This document shows, in pieces, positions 56,704 to 64,000 of a stretch of 64,000 nucleotides of DNA. The DNA comes from Octopus vulgaris (Eukaryota). The stretch covers positions 79,422,001-79,486,000 of the forward strand of contig OX597822.1 of assembly GCA_951406725.2 (NCBI GenBank), in the 5' to 3' direction. The notes beneath the pieces were generated by a model. It made no database searches and had not been told where the DNA came from. It saw only the letters and a program-made list of their open reading frames with translations. The position numbers and the translations under genes are program-made. Within the stretch, counting starts at the first letter, position 1. Each line of letters opens with the position of its first letter.

Positions 56704-57630
56704 TTAATATTTATTTACATCAAACCTTCATGATTGAACATCAACTTGAAGGTTAAACCTTGCACCGTTATTTGGAAACTCGGCGTATTTTATTACCAAC
56801 TCAACGATCGAAACTAGAATTGTAAATTTTATCAATGACAGGTAAGTTTCGTTTAAATATATAAATCATCTTAAGCAGCGTTTAGTTCAGATATGACTCT
56901 TAGAAGCTACGGTATAAATTTAGTGGGGAGGAAACACTTGCATGCAAGGGAGTTAACTAAAACACTGTAGGGAGCTATTTAGTTATGTCCCTTGAATTAT
57001 ATTTCGCATAGCGAATCCTGATGACGAAGGCTATTTCTTTTTGTCTGTTTTCGACTCATTAAATTAAGCAGCAAGCATGTACTGTAGTCGATTCTCTGTA
57101 ACATACTGTTACTATTAGTACATTTAAGGTGAAGTATTGGCAGAATTGTAACGTGTCGCACAAAATGCTAAGTGGCATTTCTTCTAGCATTCTACGATCC
57201 TTTCAGTGTTAATATAATTAATGATCTCTCGCCTTTTAGGTTTTAGACCTTGCACCAAAATTACAAAAAAAAAAAAAAAAAAAAGACATCATTTATTATA
57301 TTTTCATTTATGGCTATGGATGTCAAAATCTGTTGAGCATCTGATTTAATTATATCTCATTCCGGTGCATAAACTAAATTCTACTGGCATACTAGGGTCG
57401 ATAAATCAACTTAATTCTCCTCCACCGAACAAATTTGTGGTCCTCAAACTGACAACACTACAAATAATTGTCTTCGTATTACCAAATATTTTTTAAATTT
57501 CTTATCGTACGGGGGTTTATGTACATAAATGTTGGACATAGTCAGGCAGAAACAGCTTTTGTTCACTCACGTATGCGCATGTGTGTGTTGTGGGGGGGAG
57601 CAAAAGTCATTCGTATACATACATACAAAC

Positions 57631-57743
<113 letters not shown>

Positions 57744-58394
57744 TACACACACATATATATATGCAGCATGAGGTTTTGTCAGTGAACAAGTCATGGTTTC
57801 AATGCGACGAAAATATTTTGATACAAATGAAATTTAAATGTTGAATTTAAACTGACGGTTTTTGTGTTTCCTTGAATGGCTTACAAACACCTTCCACGTT
57901 GCAATTGTTTTTCTTTCAGCACACCATCTCAGATCAAGTCACTTGCTATGCAAGTACATCTCCGTAATATATGTATGTATGTATGTATGTATGTATATAT
58001 GTATGTGTGTGTACATTTTTATGTATAAGTGTATGCATCCCTTTGTGTATTCCGTGTATGTATTTGCATGCATATACGTATGTATACATTTATTTCTTGC
58101 ATATATATATATACACATATGTACTTGTGTGTATGTATGCATGCATATATATGTATATGTCTTTTTTCTATTGTCATCTTTTATGCTCTGTACCTTAGCA
58201 GTTCGACAAATAATGATCGGTAAAATAAATTCCGTGAATGAGAACTGAAGTAATCACTCGAGTCGATATCATCGAACAAACTTATGAAGCCGATGCGTCA
58301 GTATGGTTGAAGGCTAATGACTTGAAACTATAAAACTAGAAAAAAAAATTCAAAGGAATTCATCTCCAAGTAGAGAATATTATAATGCTTGCGT

Positions 58395-58710
58395 AAGGCG
58401 GCGAGCTGGCAGAATCGTTAGCACGCCGGGCGAAATGCTTAGCGGTATTTCGTCTGCCGTTACGGTCTGAGTTCAAATTCCGCCGAGGTCGACTTTGCCT
58501 TTCATCCCTTCGGGGTCGATTAAATAAGTACCAGCTACGCACTGGGGTCGATATAATCGACTTAATCCGTTTGTCTGTCCTTGTTTGTCCTCTCTGTGTT
58601 TAGCCCCTTGTGGGTAGTATAGAAATAGGTATTTCGCCTGTCGCTCAGAACGTATCAGCAGACGAAATACCGCTAAGCACTTCGCCCGGCGTGCTAATCA
58701 TTCTGCCAAT
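58395..58710 (+). mobile_element. SINE family A followed by an inverted copy of its own head
   Basis: 58644-58708 is the reverse complement of about 58407-58471. Confidence 0.85.
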
Positions 58711-59489
58711 ACACTGACTTTAAAAAAAGTTTTAATAATACTGTTCTTTTTATTTTTTAAGGTTCTTAATTCAGTTTCAGTAGAACAGCAGCAGAAATGA
58801 CGATTATAAAGTCTAGAAGATGTGTACCAGGGTAGATGACTCATCAGATTTGATTGTGTTAATTGCTCACTAACACGAGCCCTTCGTAACAATGCGTTTT
58901 TCACACAAACCAACTGCTTTGTTCGTTCGGCTCGCGTTACTTCTGCAGTTATGGTCGTCAGATGCAGCACAGAAATCTCTTACCAAATACACACGCACAT
59001 ACACGTGCGCACACACACGTAGGCACGTATGCACACACACAAACACACACGCTCACATACACGCACAAACACATCTACACCTCCACACAAACTTACTCAC
59101 AAACTTACACATACCACACACACCTACACACATACACAACGGGCTTCCACATAGTTTCCGTCTTCCAAAGACACTCATAAGGTATTAGTTAACCTGAGGC
59201 TATCGTAGAAGATATTTTCCCAAGGTTCGCTAAGTGGGACCGAACTCAAAATCATGTGGTTGAAAATGAGCTTCTTAACCACACAGCCAAACAAATAACA
59301 TCAATTTCGTTTAAAAGCATTTTCTTTACGGAGCTTGAGTAAAAAAAAAGAAGAAAAAAACAGGGTAATATTGTCCAAACAAGGTGTCCCTAAGCATTTG
59401 ACCGTGGGCCAATCCCAGGCTGCATAGGCAGAATAAATTAATAAATTTTATTTCTCTTCTATTGCAGCGTATACAGTGTTTTTGTGTTA

Positions 59490-61508
59490 CACTGGGAAAC
59501 ATGGCTTTAGTTGTTTGGTGTTGGAGTAATTTCCTAGTAATTTTGAGTTCTGTTGATTTCAAGAATTGAAATCCATTTTGTTCTATCACGTCAAGATTTT
59601 TCACAAACTCAAATGTAACTTTTTCAACATTTACAGTATTGTCGCCATTTCTAAGGATAGATTTGGCTTCATCAAATGCAGACTCATGTATGGAGCTGGA
59701 CACAACTTTGAAAACATAGTTTTTCAATATCAGTTAAGTTAATACAACCACAAAAATGAAAACAAAAGTCATGATTCAAGTTTGTTTGTTCCTTCTCGAG
59801 CCATGCTTGGCTGATAAGGGCTGGTTTCCCGGTTTCATTGGCGTATAGGTTCCCCACCTGGATGGGACGCCGGTCCATCGCAGGTGAGCTGCAAGATGCA
59901 GGAGGAAAGAGTGAGAGAAAGTTGTGGCGAAAGAGTCAGCAGAAGTTCGCCATTACCTTCTGCCGGAGCCGCGTGGAGCTTAGGTGTTTCGCTCATAAAC
60001 ACACATGTCGCCCGGTCTGAGATTCGAACCTGAATTTCCCTCGACCGCGAGTCCGCTGCTCTAATCACTAGGCTATGTACCTCCACTAAGGAAAAATCAA
60101 CCTCAGCGGAATTTGAAATCAGAACGTGAAGACAGACGAAATGTCGCTAAGCATTATTGACCAATGTGTTAACGATTCTGCCGGCGAGTCGCTTTTATGA
60201 TTTAAGTATCTTTCTGTATTTAAATGCATTAGCCTTGAGCAACTTTTCCTATTTTCAATCTAACCAGTTTTAAATGTCATGATAATGACAGAAATGTCAT
60301 CCATACAATTAAATATCATATTTCTGTGCTCCTTGACATCACACATGTCTCATATTTATGGAATTTGTTTGCAGATATGCCCACACTGTGCTTGACATAG
60401 TGTGAATATCATTGCAAACTAGGTGAGACATATTTTGTTGTACCTTTAACTATTTCTTATGAAAATTGGCATCTTGAATGCGCCCTTAATGTTTTGAGGC
60501 CACATGGGTCAAGGCCATCTTTTTGTGAAAGAACTCTAGGAGGAACTTCATGGTATGTATGCACTTTTTGTGGAAATTTTGTCATCACAAATCTACATTT
60601 GCTTACTTTATAACTTGGCAATTCTGAAAATACTTTTCCTAAGTGACAGCTGGTTCGAATATATGTTTTGTATTTCAGAAATAAGGCCAGTTGTGAGAGA
60701 ACATACAAAAATAGCTCATTTTTTTGCTTGCGAAGAAAACTTACCTTACTTTGGCAAGAAACTGGACGATGAAGACAAAGTCGGGGCATCCCATATAGTG
60801 TGTAAAACATGTTGAAACAATTAAGCAGAAAGTTCCCAGCTTCTTCTTATGAAAAAACATAAGGCTGGAGTGTTTGACGGGCGACAGACCAGGTAACTAT
60901 TGCACAACGTGTAGTTTTTGGATACCATGTCTGGCATTGAAAATGTTTTTGCTGCAGCTGTGTTTGATTTCCTGGGAAACAGGAAGTCATCAAATTATGG
61001 ACTTGTGCAGACCCTGTTAACCAGTTTTCGAAGACTGAGCTACATTATGAGTGTAAAAGTACGTTTCCTGTCCTGTTATCTGGACTACTTGCCTGAAAAT
61101 CATAGTACAATGAATGATGAACGATGAGAAAGACTCCACCAAGACATCGAGACAGATGGAAGGCAAGCATGATGGCTGACTATTATTGGTCTTTGCAAAG
61201 ATACTGTTATTTACGTAAAGCAGCAGAGAGAAAGTTCACTCCAGTTAAAGAGAAATATCTATAGATGTGTAACGAAACATTTTGTGTAATATATTTGTAA
61301 ACAAATAAAAAATGCTATTTGGCTTGTGTTAGTTTCTTATTCCAGTATTGTATTTAATGGTAAAATTAACATTTTTGGGTAAAAAAAAAATCACTTAATG
61401 TGATAATAAGGTTTTGAGGCTATTTATGAACCCAGCACTATCAAATTAGGTAGGACTAATTGTAAAAAGCAAGACAACTAAATTTTTTTTCGAAAATGTT
61501 TCCTAGTG
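59490..61508 (+). mobile_element. Chapaev3-like (CMC) DNA transposon, internally deleted, with two nested SINEs
   Basis: TTA|CACTGGGAAACAT ... ATGTTTCCTAGTG|TTA with long imperfect TIRs. Remnants CTFCGNF, YFGKKLDDEDK..HIVCKTC, AGVFDGRQTR, FLGNRKSSNY, MSVKVRFL..LDYLPEN, ERLHQDI, MMADYYWSL. Confidence 0.85.
59782..60087 (-). mobile_element. SINE family C nested in the Chapaev3-like element
   Basis: Matches 42700-43001; a SINE A head follows at 60090-60195. Confidence 0.9.
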
Positions 61509-61871
61509 TTATCAATAAAATAATGAAAGCAGATGACCAGCTCTATTACTTTCGGACGAACAATGCTTCTGTGTTTATTCTGAGAGTAAACTGCAGAAAA
61601 GAATTACGTGATTGAAGGAAAATGACTAGTTTTGAAATCAGCCAATTTTAGTCTAAACCAAGCGAAAAAGCAAACTCAACAGAAATTATATTCAAAATTG
61701 TTAACCCTGTGTTGTATATGTATCATAGATGTAATATATATGTATATTATGTATGTGATAAATAAATTATATATTACGCACTTTATTGTGTTGTTATACG
61801 TGTGATGGAGAAATAGTTTTGCATGAAACCGCTCCGTGTTAAAAAAAAAAAATCATTGATTTCATTTAAAA

Positions 61872-62311
61872 CAGGGGTCCCCAAACTTTCTAGACCATCG
61901 ATCTCTTCATAGACTTCTTGACTTCTCATCGATTCCCAGGCATGTACAAGAAAATAAATAAATAATAATTCAAATTACGATGAAAGTAAACAAACAAAGT
62001 TTGCCTTAGAAGTGTTGAGAAGTATTGAAATATACAGACAAGGAAATAATTTTATTCCCAAACGCAGGATAATGCTAATAATATAAGATGAACAGGATGA
62101 ACTAACCATATTTTGCAGAAAAATCTGTCGGCAGCCAACCATGAGCTTCGAAATCACATCCCTGTGATTACGCGTAATCCTGCGTTTGAGAATAAAATTA
62201 TTTCCTTATCTTTAAATAAATAATAATAACAAACTAGATGTACATTTATCGACCCCTTGAATAGTCACATCGATCCCCAGAGGTCGATATCGACCGCTTT
62301 GGAGATCTCTG
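61872..62311. mobile_element. hAT (Charlie-like) non-autonomous element, 440 bp
   Basis: CAGGGGTCCCCAAA ... TTTGGAGATCTCTG with exact 8-bp duplication ATTTAAAA. Confidence 0.88.
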
Positions 62312-63123
62312 ATTTAAAACGAATAAAATGAATGTTTCTTTTGCACGATTAGTTAAAATGCCAGTTGTAACTCCATCTTGACAAAGAATCAATGTGAAAA
62401 GAGTCATATGTTTTCAAGTTCTCCTTACTATCAGAACTTAGATTTTGGTGAACCATGTGGTGTGAGTATGTATATGTGTGTGCTTGTGAGTATGGATGCG
62501 CATTACAGCTTGGCTTGGCAGCATAACTCATACTTTTACAAATTGTTTAAGGTGTCTCAAAAGACAGATTCAAAAGTAAATGTATTCCATCAAAAGTACC
62601 TCATAAGAATCCCGAGGCTCAACTGACGGGATCGGTGGCTCAAATGAGGGAATTCTGAGAAGAGCAAGATCACAATTACTATAAGAGAGTAGAGCAGTAA
62701 TTGCTCATATCTTGACTTAAGATATGAGAGCCAGAGAGAGGGAAAGAGAGAGAGAGAGAGAGAGAAAAGGGAGAGAGAGAGGAGGAGAGAGAGAGAGAGA
62801 GGGAGAGAGAGAGAGAGAGCTAGTTGCACAAGTACGTGGTTGGTATTCATTTTGAGCTGATAAACTGAAATGAGGTACTTTGCTCAAGGCCACAACACCA
62901 CTCGACTTTTGATTGCAAACACTAGACCATGTGTTTGCACTCTATATTAAATATGGCAACATTGATTTAATAATTGTCTTCATGAAGATCTAGTAAGAAG
63001 TTTCTATGAGTAATTTCTTCTCGAAAACAGAAATTTGTAATTTTGACATGGCACACTTTTAGGGACCATGCGAAAGAAAAAAAGAGATTTTGAGGGATCA
63101 TAGAAGTTTCGTATTGATATTAG

Positions 63124-63320
63124 GGGCGGCGAGCTGGCAGAATCATTAGCACGCGAGACAAAACGCCTAGCAGAATTTCTTCCGTCTTAACATTTTGAGT
63201 TCAAATGCTGTGGAGAACTTTGTCTTCCATTCTTTCGAGATCGATAAAATAAGTACGAGTGGACCTCTGAGGTCAACGTAATCGATTCTCCACTCAAACT
63301 GTTAGCCTTGTGCCAAAACT
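63124..63320 (+). mobile_element. SINE family A, degenerate
   Basis: GGCGGCGAGCTGGCAGAATCATTAGCACG head. Confidence 0.8.
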
Positions 63321-64000
63321 TTAGAAATAATTATTTGTACCAATTCCAACAGCATAATTATTGAACATTTCAATAGTTTACTAACAAATATTACGTTTTA
63401 GTTATAAATTATTCATGAAATAAGGGGAAATGAACAAAGAAAAAAAGAAAACTTTGATGAATTGAGCATGTTCAAATAATTAGTAGACAAAACTACATCT
63501 AGGAGTGCTTAAATCTCTTAGTAAGGGGAATAACTACAATAAGATATTTGACAGAAATTGTTGGATAAAATGCATAGTACAGAAAATTATCTTTAAAGTC
63601 AATTAATGAAAGCAACAGAAATGTTACGGTATAATAATTTTTTTTACAGCAAAGCATACTTTGCACAATGAGTAATGTGTAATGGGTACCCATACACACA
63701 CGGTTCTTAAGTGAATAAATTGAATAACGAATAGTTTTTCTGAAGAAAACTAAAATCGCATAACGAGATGAAATTACATCAACAATCTACAAACATACTA
63801 CACACGCGTGCTGAGAGAATACATACGAATGGTACACTAATGAAACAAACCGTAGAGTGAACAGCTTTTGAGAAGAAAATTATATTCAACTTATGAGCTG
63901 AAATCTGAATAACAAAGTACGAGTAGACAACACACTTGTATAAATACTAGGAGAGCATTTACAAATGGTACGGTAAATGTAGAGACTGTATGGCTAATTC

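Noticed and set aside
58892-59188. ORF with signal-peptide-like start MRFSHKPTALFVRLALLLQLWSSDA
   Set aside because: Runs straight into CA-rich repeat and a SINE with no splice donor; unsupported without expression data.

Overview
This is 64 kb of AT-rich, repeat-dominated eukaryotic DNA. The SINE repertoire and extreme microsatellite load point to a coleoid cephalopod, most likely Octopus (inference from recalled repeat families, not a database match). I find no intact host protein-coding gene; almost all listed ORFs are microsatellite or SINE artefacts. Supported content: (1) dozens of tRNA-derived SINE copies in at least four families, often nested, tandem or inverted; (2) decayed DNA transposons with recognisable termini (a full-length mariner split into a SINE, maT-like and DUF4817-type Tc1/mariner relics, mariner, pogo and hAT MITEs, two Chapaev3-like elements with TTA duplications, two non-autonomous Helitrons); (3) retroelement relics (R4/Dong-like elements in (TAA)n, a REL-endonuclease family embedded in (CATA)n, an RTE 3' end, a Penelope-like RT); (4) several hammerhead-ribozyme-like motifs, two long foldbacks, a 265-bp inverted duplication 5.5 kb apart and a 31-32 bp GNRA-hairpin minisatellite. 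Coordinates were read by eye; ends without a terminal repeat or target-site duplication are approximate. SINE family letters A-D and element E are my own working labels.
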